A DNA stretch of 64,000 nucleotides, taken from an uncultured bacterium. GTDB taxonomy: Bacteria; Babelota; Babeliae; Babelales; Vermiphilaceae. The notes beneath the pieces were generated by a model. The model was not told the origin of the DNA. It did not search any database and saw only the letters and a list, made by a program, of their open reading frames with translations. A program made the position numbers and the translations under genes. Where the stretch lies: NCBI GenBank assembly GCA_963701085.1, contig OY969561.1, positions 768,001 through 832,000 on the forward strand, read 5' to 3'. This document shows, one piece after another, positions 50,566 through 60,946 of the stretch. Every line of letters starts with the position of its first letter. The stretch's first letter is position 1.

Positions 50566-51267
50566 ATGAAAAAACTCATTATTAATAATATGTCTTTTAA
50601 ATTTAACGGCCAAAAAAATTACTTTTTCCACAACGCTCACATCACCTTTGAATCAGGCAATACCTATTTTATTCAAGGAAAAAATGGCGTAGGAAAATCA
50701 ACATTTTTTTCTATTTTGCAAGGCACAATACCACGCAATGCAACACTCACCGGCACCGTTATTTTTGACGCAGCAGAATTTATCATACAAAACAATTGCT
50801 TTGACCAAAAGCTCTGCTCTCAGATCAAAACAGTAGTCCAAGATGTTAATAGCATGATAGTCAACGCAATGACCGTAAAAGACAATTTACAGCTTGCGCA
50901 TTTACCAATGTATCCACGACTTATTCCGCTTGCTTACACGGTTACGATGTCAAAAATTATGCATCAATTTAATATTGACCAAGTGATGACCGTACAACAA
51001 TTATCAGGTGGCCAGAAACAGATTCTTGCAATCATGATGGCGCTCCAAAAACCAACGCAAATATTACTGCTCGATGAACCAACAGCAGCGCTTGATGAAA
51101 AAAACACGCACATGGTGATACAATTTTTAACTGATCTTGCAAAAACATTGGATTTAATCATCATCATTATTACGCATGACAAAGAACTAACCACCACGTA
51201 TGCAAAAAATCACGCGGTCACTATAAACATAGAAGACAATGGAACCCGTTCCATTAAACTATTGTAA
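50566..51267 (+). CDS. ABC ATP-binding protein
   Basis: GKNGVGKS, LSGGQ, LLLDEPTAALD, ITH. Confidence 0.92.
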   Translation: MKKLIINNMSFKFNGQKNYFFHNAHITFESGNTYFIQGKNGVGKSTFFSILQGTIPRNATLTGTVIFDAAEFIIQNNCFDQKLCSQIKTVVQDVNSMIVNAMTVKDNLQLAHLPMYPRLIPLAYTVTMSKIMHQFNIDQVMTVQQLSGGQKQILAIMMALQKPTQILLLDEPTAALDEKNTHMVIQFLTDLAKTLDLIIIIITHDKELTTTYAKNHAVTINIEDNGTRSIKLL

Positions 51268-51352
51268 ACAGCATAATTTAATTGCGAATTCTGCCGATTC
51301 TCACTATTATTATCACAATCACACCACATAATTTTAACAAAAAGATTCACCT

Positions 51353-51811
51353 ATGAAACATTATATGCTAATTGCAACCATTATTGCATCAACAAATCTC
51401 ATAATTACAATGGAACCAGAATCACGGTACGAAAAAACAATTGTTCAACAAGCAAAGTCTTCTAAAGCAAATGATTCACACTATTCTAACCTTAAAGAAG
51501 TCAAGGCTGCTGCTGAAGGAAAACCTTCCATTACTTTGATTAATAGTGATAAAGAGGAAAACCTCCGCATAAACATGGGCGATTTAAATAAGGACTCGAT
51601 GACAACGTCATTAAGTTTATTTAGAAACACTCAAATAACATTATGTCCATATCTATTTCCTGACTCTCTCAATAAAAAACAAATACAAAATGGCGCTATC
51701 ATTAAATTAAGTTTGATTACACAAAGACTGCGCTGTTTTGTTCCATATATTGATGGCAATCCAGCCATACGACATAAAGAAAGGTTTACTTTGCCATTAC
51801 ATAGAAAATAA
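51353..51811 (+). CDS. Secreted hypothetical protein
   Basis: Signal ending IT-ME. Confidence 0.7.
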   Translation: MKHYMLIATIIASTNLIITMEPESRYEKTIVQQAKSSKANDSHYSNLKEVKAAAEGKPSITLINSDKEENLRINMGDLNKDSMTTSLSLFRNTQITLCPYLFPDSLNKKQIQNGAIIKLSLITQRLRCFVPYIDGNPAIRHKERFTLPLHRK

Positions 51812-52273
51812 AAATAAAACTTATCCTATACACAATGTAAAAGAGATAGAAAATGGCATTATACTGACGACTCCGTAATCTTCTTGAAAAAAGCTCACAT
51901 GATTTCAACTTACCTATTGGTGGCGATTCAACCGTGCAATTTGGAGATACGATCCGTATCGATTGTGATACAAGCAACAATAAACTTCATATTATACATA
52001 ATGATACAAAAATATTTGAAACACTCCCTATCACCAACCGCACCCTCAATCTTGGCCGTATCAAAACTATAAATAGACTTCATACCTATTAACAAAAATC
52101 GATTTTTGCAAGAAGATCCTGATTTTAAAAATGAACTTGCTAGTATATATCCATTAGATGATGATCTAGACGAACAATAATCATATTCCCTTGTGAACAA
52201 TGAAAAATATGTTACAATTATAATATAAAAGTAACATATTTTTCATTAATACCACTATTTGAGGGGTAAATGT

Positions 52274-53185
52274 ATGATTTTTTCTCCAACACAAGAACCT
52301 CCCAAAGCACCTAGTGTGATTGTATGGATTCATGGCACAAAGCCCGATAACCATCTCCCTCCTTTTCTTGAAAAATTAACCAAAAATGTATCTCACCTGC
52401 TTTGTGGCGATACAAAAGGCCTCCACAGAACAGCCGAGCTTGACGCACAACATTATCCCTTTTTACGCGCCAAGGCACTTGCAGTAGCCGATCCGGCACG
52501 ATTTAACGCAGAACACTTTTATACCTTTGGCTGGTCAGGCGAACTCACCCTGAAAGCACGCAAAAATGCTGCTCACGATCTTTTCAATGCTCTCAAAGGC
52601 TTGATAATCTCTTATCAAGAAAAATATTGCTCTACCCCTGAAATTATTCTTATTTCTCACAGCCATGGCGGCAATGTAATCTTACATTTAGCAGAAATCG
52701 ATGATCCTGATTGTAAGCTCTGTATATCAAAGTCAATATTACTCGCATGCCCCGTTCAAAAACATACCGCTCACTTGATTAGCTCACCCATTTTTGAGCG
52801 TATTTATTCACTCCACTCGCACACGGATATGATCCAAATAGCTGATCCACAAGGTTTACACAACAAAAAAAAATCAAGGCCATTATTATCACTCAGGCAC
52901 TTTGACGCTCATCCAAAACTAGTCCAAGTATTAATTCGTTGGAAAGAATATCCTCTCTGGAATACTGATGATTATGAAACCAATAAATTTGCCCTCAAGG
53001 GATTAATCAAAGCAATTAATACGCTGAACCTTATCAAAAAAGGACGCGGGCTCTTTCATGTTGAGTTTGGCTTACTTCCCTTTATTCGCCAACTCCCTGC
53101 CATTATTAATCAATTAGATCTACTTTTTGATACTGATAACAATTGTCCTTCACATAAAGATCATGACATTATCATAGAATTATAG
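52274..53185 (+). CDS. Alpha/beta hydrolase (Ser nucleophile)
   Basis: WIHGT, FGWSG, ISHSHGGN, LLACP. Confidence 0.82.
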   Translation: MIFSPTQEPPKAPSVIVWIHGTKPDNHLPPFLEKLTKNVSHLLCGDTKGLHRTAELDAQHYPFLRAKALAVADPARFNAEHFYTFGWSGELTLKARKNAAHDLFNALKGLIISYQEKYCSTPEIILISHSHGGNVILHLAEIDDPDCKLCISKSILLACPVQKHTAHLISSPIFERIYSLHSHTDMIQIADPQGLHNKKKSRPLLSLRHFDAHPKLVQVLIRWKEYPLWNTDDYETNKFALKGLIKAINTLNLIKKGRGLFHVEFGLLPFIRQLPAIINQLDLLFDTDNNCPSHKDHDIIIEL

Positions 53186-53244
53186 TTGACATCATTTGCC
53201 TTTTTTTCATATACCTAATACGTAAGGAAAAAATAAAAAGGTAA

Positions 53245-54207
53245 GTGATGAGAAAATGCATTACTCCTGATAAATATCGATTTTTTCTTTCTATTGTTCT
53301 CATACTCTTACCCGGATGTGTTCACCGTAGGCACGTTGACCGACAAAAATTACATATTGATATTCCCGCCACAAAAAATGCAATCGTTCATACATCTGAC
53401 ATTCCACCCACCATCACCATTTGGATCCACGGCACACTCATGTTCTACACACCAGAATATCATCAGATATTCAACAACAGTTCATGCTTGATGTCCGTTG
53501 CCGCATTCCCTGAAAACCATCATTTCCGCGTACTTGCTGAAACCATTGCCGAACACGATCCTGAACACTTCCCTATCCAAGAATTCTATATTTTTGGCTG
53601 GTCAGGAAAATTAAAACAAGAGGAACGTGAAAAGGCCGCCAAAAAACTCCATCAAGAGATCGTAACGTTGCGAGATGAGTATCAAAAAAAATATGGGTGT
53701 GTACCCATTATTCGAATTATTGCTCACAGCCATGGTGGTAATGTAGCGCTCAATATGGTAAAAATAAAATCTGCTTACCCCCCATTGCTTATAAAATCAC
53801 TGATACTCCTTGCATGCCCGGTACAAGAAAAAACAATGCATCTTATCAGCACCCCCATGTTCAACCGCGTCTACTCACTCTATTCCAGCTTTGATATGAT
53901 CCAAATCCTTGCCCCACAGTTTAAACGTACAAAACAGATACATAGGCAAACAACCCACCATAAAACCTGCTACTACAGTTTATTACCATTCTCATCACGT
54001 CTTTTCCCGACCTACAGCCACTTAACCCAAGCAAAAATAAAAATAAATGATTATCCAATATCCCATACGCGATTTTCAACCAAAGAATTCACCATACTCT
54101 TGCCAACAATTCTCAAAAAGCTCGATTTATGGCATGATGAAAGTCTTGCTACCAATAAAATTTCAAAACACAAACTTTTATGTATTTACAACAACAAAAA
54201 ATATTAA
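53245..54207 (+). CDS. Alpha/beta hydrolase lipoprotein, paralog of the previous gene
   Basis: Lipobox LPGC; WIHGT, FGWSG, IAHSHGGN. Confidence 0.82.
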   Translation: MMRKCITPDKYRFFLSIVLILLPGCVHRRHVDRQKLHIDIPATKNAIVHTSDIPPTITIWIHGTLMFYTPEYHQIFNNSSCLMSVAAFPENHHFRVLAETIAEHDPEHFPIQEFYIFGWSGKLKQEEREKAAKKLHQEIVTLRDEYQKKYGCVPIIRIIAHSHGGNVALNMVKIKSAYPPLLIKSLILLACPVQEKTMHLISTPMFNRVYSLYSSFDMIQILAPQFKRTKQIHRQTTHHKTCYYSLLPFSSRLFPTYSHLTQAKIKINDYPISHTRFSTKEFTILLPTILKKLDLWHDESLATNKISKHKLLCIYNNKKY

Positions 54208-55195
54208 CTATCATTTTACTCTTTTTAATACCACCAATAGCCGCAGCGCCAACGCAAACACCCTGGTATGAACAGTGCTTTAGCAAAGAAGAAGGCAAAA
54301 AATATGTTGAAAATTGCAAAAACATGTGCAACAAAATAAGCAAAGCTGTTCTTTTAAGATACTACTGGACAACGCAATCAACGATAGACCAAGCACTGTC
54401 ACTAATCCAAGAACAACTTATTGCATTTGAAACACAACTCATTGCAGCAGAACAAGAAGCGCTCATTGCCATCAAAAAAAATATCACGTGAGTGATACAA
54501 TATGGCAACAATACATCACCGAGATAGAACAGATCAACAATCATTATAATAACGCACTACAGCAGAATCACCCCACTATTACCCATGATCCCACCATTCC
54601 TGCTGATATACAAGAAACAATCATCAAGTTATTGCACCAAAACGGCATTAATCCACAAAGCATTTACTTAGAAATGATTACTGACCAAAAAAAAATTGAT
54701 GATAATCCAAACACCATGGCACAAGTAATTAGTTCGGTTAGGCTCCTAAAGCAACCAAAAAATGGTTTTCTCTTTTCCCTTACCTATGAGCCATATATTC
54801 TTGAAATCTTCCCTGATATAGTTAGCCGCTCAATCTCCAGCAAAATTGGCTATTGCGCCCATGAAATTCAACACATACTCCAACATACTGGCATCAGCAC
54901 AACCGTCCTTAGCTCCTATCTTACTTATTACTATGGCATTGACCCAGCAGAGCTTAAACAAACCCCAGAATACCACCAACTGAGAAAAATCCATGAAGCA
55001 CAGGCAGAAGTAGGATCTGCAATAAAAAACCCGCAAATCGCTGACGCATTAAAAACAATACGTTCAAAAAAATATTATCCAAACCATCTTTACGAAGAGC
55101 ACTTTTTTGCTTTAGCTTCCATTGATATGCTTTGGAAAGTTCATGAAGGACTTAAACTTATGTATCAAGATGGCTCTTTTTTGTACCAAATGTAA
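54180..55195 (+). pseudogene. Secreted HExxH zincin-like protein split at an A8 tract (54474-54481)
   Basis: Removing one A joins ...IAIKK to YHVSDTIWQ...; HEIQH...E motif; similar layout to 62564..63421. Confidence 0.6.
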
Positions 55196-55246
55196 AACAC
55201 ACTTTACATTTAGACGATCCAAATGTTAAACTGACTTTACATTTAG
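55186..55246. promoter_or_regulatory. Two tandem 28-bp palindromic operator-like boxes, 33-bp period
   Basis: CCAAATGTAAAACACACTTTACATTTAG and CCAAATGTTAAACTGACTTTACATTTAG. Confidence 0.7.
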
Positions 55247-55271
55247 TACACATTTAATGTAGGGGATAAAA

Positions 55272-56445
55272 ATGATCATACAACGTCCTTTCTGGAAAAA
55301 ACTGATAGAACAGGCTTGGGAAGAAAAAAATATCATCTGGCTCATGGGTGTTAGACGAATTGGCAAAACAAGCCTCTGCCATAGCTTTGAAAATATTACA
55401 TACTTTGATTGTGAATTACCACGTGTGCGTGAGCTATTTGTTGACCCTGAAGGCTTTTTAGAAAGCCAAAATGGCAAGACACATCGCCCTTGATGAAATA
55501 CATAGACTTGATAACCCTTCTGAACTGTTAAAAATAGCTGCAGATCATTATCCCACCGATATAAAATAATTGCCACCGGATCATCAACATTAGGCGCAAG
55601 TGCCAAATTTAAAGATACGTTAACGGGGAGAAAGCGGGAAATATGGCTAACTCCCATGCTTTTGGAAGAAATGACTTTATTTGGCAACCCAGACATTAGA
55701 CACCGATTTTTATTTGGCGGTTTTCCCGCATTTTTTACGAGAAAACGACTACCAGAACCTGACTTTAATGAATGGATTGATGCGTATTGGGCAAAAGATA
55801 TCCAAGATCTATTCAGCGTTGCCAAAAGATCCGCATTTCAAAAATTTGCGGAACTGTTGCTCGCAAATAGTGGTGGCATATTTGAAGCAACCCGATTCAC
55901 CGCTCCTTGTGAAGTAAGCAGACCAACACTCATGAATTATTTGGCAGTGCTAGAAGAAACCTTTGTTGTACATGTCGTCAGGCCCTATTCAACACACAAG
56001 CCAACAGAAATTGTTATGGCACCTAAAGTGTATGGTTTCGATACCGGCTTTATTTGTTATACCAAAGGACGCAGTGAGTTGCGCACAGAAGATACTCGGT
56101 TTTATGTGGGAACATTGCATCTTAAATGAACTCCACGGCCACCTCCAAACCCGTTCAATCAATTACTGGCGCGATAAGCGTGAGAATGAAATTGATTTTG
56201 TTATTAGTAACAGAGCGGGAAACAATCTCACCGCAATCGAATGTAAGTTTAATTATTTCTCTGATGATACACTCTCAAGCAGTATTACTAAAAATTTTGA
56301 AGCATTCCGCAACCATTATCCAAATGGAGAGAACTTTGTTGTTGCACACAATATTGATACACCGTTCACGCGCAGCCATAAAGGTGTGACAATATCGTTT
56401 GTTAATCCAAAAGATTTAATCAAAAGATTAGCACCAAAAAATTAG
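55272..56445 (+). pseudogene. AAA+ ATPase with DUF4143 and C-terminal PD-(D/E)xK-like domain, three frameshifts
   Basis: GVRRIGKT, LDEIH, ATGSS, LTGR, GGFP, PKVYGFDTG, EIDFV..AIECK spread over several frames. Confidence 0.85.
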
Positions 56446-58334
56446 CGCTCTTCTGATAATTTTTTAACAGCACTAACAATAGCGGCTGCATCAATACCTT
56501 CAAAAGCCAACAACTCCTCAGGTGTGCCTGAGCGGGGTAAATGGCAAACTGCAAGTGAATGAATAGTGATCTTTTCATTACACAGCGCGTGTGCTACCGC
56601 TTCCCCAATGCCACCTTCTGGGTAATGATCTTCAACCGTGATAATTTTATTGCCTGATGCTCGAGCAACGAAAATGACCCCAGCCGCGTCGAGGGGCTTG
56701 ATTGAGTATAAATCAATAACGGAAATGAAAACGTTTTGTTTTGCCAGAATATCATACGCCTTAAGAGCCTCATGCAACGTCACCCCTGCAGCAACAACAC
56801 ACGCAACATCTTTATCCGATGTGCGCAGCACTTTGCATCCACCAATCGGAAACTGTTCATCATTATCGTATAACACCGGTGTTGTCATACGTGTTGTACG
56901 TAAATAACTAATGCCTTCACCATGCCGCGCCATGTGTTCCACAAGTTTATGAGTACTCACTGCATCAGAAGGGTATAACACAATGGAATTAGGTAAACAG
57001 CGCATAAGCGCGATATCTTCCAGCCCCATTTGTGATGGGCCATCTTGCCCAATTGATACACCGCAATGAGAACCAACTAAGCGCAACGCGCTTTTGCCAA
57101 TTGCAGCCATACGGATTTGATCATGCGCGCGTGAAAAAAATGAACTAAAAGTGGAAATAAACGGAATTTTGCCACGGCAATCAAAACCAACTCCCATACC
57201 TATCATATTTTGCTCAGCAACAAAGCATTGAAAAAAACGTTCCGGATGCATGCTTTCAAAAATTTCTGCGTAGGTGGAATTTTTTACTTCAGCATCAAGA
57301 CTAACAACAGCATCACACACATCACCAAGCAATGCCAGCGCCGTACCATATGCTTTACGCGTTGCAATCATCTCACCTTTTTTATAATCAGAATTTTCCA
57401 TGATAACTATTGTTGTTGCACCGATGTATGCAAGAGCGTTGGGATGCGGACGCGGTGCTTTCCAATCAAGATCATCATGGTAATGTTGTGCAGCATCAGG
57501 AAAATTATTTTGTAACTGTTTAAGCGCTTCTTGTTCCTGCTCACCAGTAAAAGCTTTACCGTGGAACCCTTGCAGGCCAGCAACAAAATTTATTCCATAA
57601 CCTTTAATTGTTTTTGCAACAATCATGACCGGTTTACCGGTAACATGACGAGCTTTATCAATGACTTCCATCAAACTTTTTATACTATGACCATCAACAT
57701 CAAACACCTGCCAGCCAAACGCAGTACAAATATCAATGTACCGCTTAATGTTATAATCAAGCATTGTTTCTGTGCTTTGACCAAGATTATTAACATCTAT
57801 AAAACAGATTAAATTATCAAGATTATAATGCGCCGCTAATTGTACTGCTTCCCACACGCTTCCTTCTGATGATTCACTATCACCCATAAGAACGTACGTG
57901 CGATAATCACGCTTATCAAGCTTGGCACATAATGCTTCCCCCACACCAACAGAAAGACCAATCCCGAGTGATCCTGTTGCTGTTTCAGCGTACGGAAATC
58001 GACGTGTTGGATGACCTTCCAAAGTAGAATTTAACTTCCGGTATGAAAGCATTTCTTCATCAGTCAATAAACCAAGCTCACGCCATGCTGCATATAACAA
58101 TGGAGCTGCATGCCCTTTGGATAAAATAAAGCGATCATTATCAGGATTTTGGTAATGGTACGGATCATACCTCATGGCATAAAAAAAAAGTACCGCAACA
58201 ATATCTGCTGCGGATAAACATGATGTTGTATGACCTGAACCTGCTTGCGCTGGCGCTTTTACCGACCAACAACGCATTTTGTATGCTTTATACTCAATAA
58301 ATTCAACCATTTGTTGTATAGTCATTTTTTTCAT
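56442..58334 (-). CDS. tkt: Transketolase (single chain, animal/archaeal-like motif set)
   Basis: GSGHTTS, DRFILSKGHAAP, LEGHP, ATGSLG, GDSESSEG, GQDGPSQM, VEDH. Confidence 0.93.
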   Translation of the reverse strand: MKKMTIQQMVEFIEYKAYKMRCWSVKAPAQAGSGHTTSCLSAADIVAVLFFYAMRYDPYHYQNPDNDRFILSKGHAAPLLYAAWRELGLLTDEEMLSYRKLNSTLEGHPTRRFPYAETATGSLGIGLSVGVGEALCAKLDKRDYRTYVLMGDSESSEGSVWEAVQLAAHYNLDNLICFIDVNNLGQSTETMLDYNIKRYIDICTAFGWQVFDVDGHSIKSLMEVIDKARHVTGKPVMIVAKTIKGYGINFVAGLQGFHGKAFTGEQEQEALKQLQNNFPDAAQHYHDDLDWKAPRPHPNALAYIGATTIVIMENSDYKKGEMIATRKAYGTALALLGDVCDAVVSLDAEVKNSTYAEIFESMHPERFFQCFVAEQNMIGMGVGFDCRGKIPFISTFSSFFSRAHDQIRMAAIGKSALRLVGSHCGVSIGQDGPSQMGLEDIALMRCLPNSIVLYPSDAVSTHKLVEHMARHGEGISYLRTTRMTTPVLYDNDEQFPIGGCKVLRTSDKDVACVVAAGVTLHEALKAYDILAKQNVFISVIDLYSIKPLDAAGVIFVARASGNKIITVEDHYPEGGIGEAVAHALCNEKITIHSLAVCHLPRSGTPEELLAFEGIDAAAIVSAVKKLSEER

Positions 58335-58620
58335 AGGAATCCAATAGTATTGGTCGATCACCCACCATAACCATATGTGGTAGATAAACAAGCCCTTGCT
58401 TTACTCTCTCTATTTTTTCTTGTTCTGGCAAAGATGAGTACATCAACTCTTTTATATCTTTTTTTACCTTTTTTACATCAGCTTGACTAAAAACAGTAGG
58501 AAAATAAAAATTAACCCGAGAACAATAATCACATATTCCCGTAACTATTTGTTTATCATTATTCATTGAATGGAGAGAAAAAGAAACGATTGAAAAAAAT
58601 AAAAAGACTTGATGTTTCAC
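58303..58620 (-). CDS. Small secreted hypothetical protein
   Basis: Signal ending HS-MN; CxxC; overlaps the tkt start. Confidence 0.55.
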   Translation of the reverse strand: MKHQVFLFFSIVSFSLHSMNNDKQIVTGICDYCSRVNFYFPTVFSQADVKKVKKDIKELMYSSLPEQEKIERVKQGLVYLPHMVMVGDRPILLDSYEKNDYTTNG

Positions 58621-58707
58621 GGTGAGCCCTTTTTGTTATTTAATATTCAATTCTGAACATTTAACAGCATATATGGCTACTACGAAACATCAAGTTTTAT
58701 AGGATTG

Positions 58708-58926
58708 TTACTTGTGATGCTTATTCAAACTTTTTGGATGGGTACGACGCCAGTTTTCACCATGAGCCCATGACATAGACCTCATAATATCGTAACTACC
58801 GTGAGACATACTTTTACATTTTTTTGATCTATAAAGACTCTGTAAATACTGTTTGACTCTTTTTGACCAATGACGCATTCCTTTTTCTTGAGAATGATCG
58901 TGTGGACCGTGATTATTAAGCTTCAT
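58708..58926 (-). CDS. Small basic His-rich hypothetical protein
   Basis: AGGAG RBS; 72 aa. Confidence 0.5.
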   Translation of the reverse strand: MKLNNHGPHDHSQEKGMRHWSKRVKQYLQSLYRSKKCKSMSHGSYDIMRSMSWAHGENWRRTHPKSLNKHHK

Positions 58927-59189
58927 ACCTGCTCCTATGAGTAAAAGAATGAGTAATCTTTTACTTTAATAATAATCAACCAAATATTTTAAACGCAAGT
59001 AGTTTTATGACTATTGTTGGAACTCTATGAAAATGTCACCCTTGAACTTTATAGAAATGTCACATGAGGGGATTGTTAATACACTTGAATTATACTGCCT
59101 CAAAGAGAGTATCATAAAAAAAGTAAAGTTATGGGCATTCCACTTGAAAAACAAATAGAATACCCCACAACCTTTAAATACAGTTAAAT

Positions 59190-59678
59190 TTAATCGTAGT
59201 ATTTCCGCGTAAACTTATTACGGTCTGTTATCTTTGTTCTTTTATCAATCCAGTTAATCTCTGAAATAGAGAGATAATTTGAATGACCATTTATTACTAG
59301 ATCGGCTTCTATCGTTTTTCCAGAATAATATTCTTTATAAAGACGATTAACCTCGTCAAGTATACTTTTATTATAATAAGCTGTCCTCTCGATATTTGTT
59401 GGTACGGTAACAACAGGTCCAGCCGTAAGATGTTTTGGTCCTCCCATAGTCGACATATTTATCTGCTCAATCTCATTTACCCTGGATATAACGTGTCTCT
59501 CAACATTAAGAATAAATCCTTTAAATGTTCCATCCTTATACTTAAACTCTACTGATAATGGATACATACAATCATTCACTAGACATATGGTAAGATCTTT
59601 GTTTGCTTCCATACCAATAGCTGCACCAGTTGCAAAAAACAATAATAAACTCGCCAAACCTACATTGTACTTCTTCAT
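59190..59678 (-). CDS. Secreted hypothetical protein
   Basis: AGGAG RBS; signal ending IG-ME. Confidence 0.72.
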   Translation of the reverse strand: MKKYNVGLASLLLFFATGAAIGMEANKDLTICLVNDCMYPLSVEFKYKDGTFKGFILNVERHVISRVNEIEQINMSTMGGPKHLTAGPVVTVPTNIERTAYYNKSILDEVNRLYKEYYSGKTIEADLVINGHSNYLSISEINWIDKRTKITDRNKFTRKYYD

Positions 59679-59806
59679 AGTCATTCTCCTTCGTATAAAC
59701 ATTATTGAGCATACTGCCATGCACTATGTCTCTTATTTTTACCATAGGGCCCCCTAGGTATCCTAAAATTAGCAAATAACTTATTCAGATTGCAATAATT
59801 TTATGA

Positions 59807-60799
59807 CTATTTTATAAATCTGGCCTTCCATTGGGCATCTTCGAGCAAATGTAACACTATTGGATTTTTATGAGGAATACGATACGTCGTGTCATATGCG
59901 CTTTTGTTAGACACAAACCCTTTAATTGATTCTTGCGCACACACTTCAAGCTGACCCGTACCAGCTCCTTGCGCCATCCTAATTTTCTTACTATCTAATT
60001 CCAAAGCAAAAAGGGAGCCCTCATGCAGAAACAACTCCTGTTCCGTTGCGATCCCTTTTAATGAAATATCACCTTTATCATTACTGTGTGCCTGTAACAA
60101 CTTTGTTTCTACTGTCAGATCAATTAAAGAACTACCTGTCCGATACATCAAAAGAAGATCCTCTACCTTAAAACACGTATCATCTTGCGCTTTCAACAAA
60201 CTATTATCTCCCTCAACAAGCAACTCCACTATTTTTGCATAAACAGATGGCACGTGCATAGTTGCTCCGGATGTAACACTAAGATATAATTTTTCCGATT
60301 TTATAGAAGAAAGAAATGTTGTATCAACAGCATTATGAGTTTCTATTTTTTCATAATTTTTAAGCGCCACAAAAATAATTATATCTTTAAAAAGGTGGGC
60401 CACTTGATCCATACGACGTAATCCAATCTCAAAACGAGCTCCCTGATGAACCACCGCTATATACGGAAAAATATTTTTTTCTGCCCGAATAGTAATCTCT
60501 CCTGATGTATTATCATCAGTAAGTTGAGCAATGTTAAGCTTTACTCGACCAGATTGAATAACGTCACGCTTTCCCCATTCACCACTATTTATAACAAGAG
60601 TATCGACACCATGCGCCATATATTTTTTTATTTTTTCTTTATACAGAGAATGCATAACACAATAATTCTCTATTGGATATAAACCAGACTGATCATAACT
60701 AATCATTGGCATCAAACGTGCATCTTCACATACATCCATTGATTTACTTGTTTCACCATAAAAAAATAACCCTATCACCACACATAAATATTTAAACAT
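59807..60799 (-). CDS. Secreted beta-rich protein, possibly GIN/DUF2807-like
   Basis: Signal ending KS-MD; repetitive beta-solenoid-like C-terminal half. Confidence 0.55.
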   Translation of the reverse strand: MFKYLCVVIGLFFYGETSKSMDVCEDARLMPMISYDQSGLYPIENYCVMHSLYKEKIKKYMAHGVDTLVINSGEWGKRDVIQSGRVKLNIAQLTDDNTSGEITIRAEKNIFPYIAVVHQGARFEIGLRRMDQVAHLFKDIIIFVALKNYEKIETHNAVDTTFLSSIKSEKLYLSVTSGATMHVPSVYAKIVELLVEGDNSLLKAQDDTCFKVEDLLLMYRTGSSLIDLTVETKLLQAHSNDKGDISLKGIATEQELFLHEGSLFALELDSKKIRMAQGAGTGQLEVCAQESIKGFVSNKSAYDTTYRIPHKNPIVLHLLEDAQWKARFIK

Positions 60800-60946
60800 A
60801 CTCTCTTCCAAATAAAAACTTTAAACTCTCTATCTACTTGCGCAATAGTGTATCAGACGCATAAAAAAGAACAAAATTTAAACGAAAATATGCGAAAAAT
60901 GTCAGTTTTTGTTGTTAGGAATTATGGTATACTCACAATAAGTACC

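Noticed and set aside
51853-52180. Coding-like stretch between 51811 and 52274
   Set aside because: Broken by stops and a frame change with no recognisable family; perhaps a gene remnant but not supportable
55186-55246. 28-bp repeats as a CRISPR array
   Set aside because: Only two units with a 5-bp gap and no cas genes
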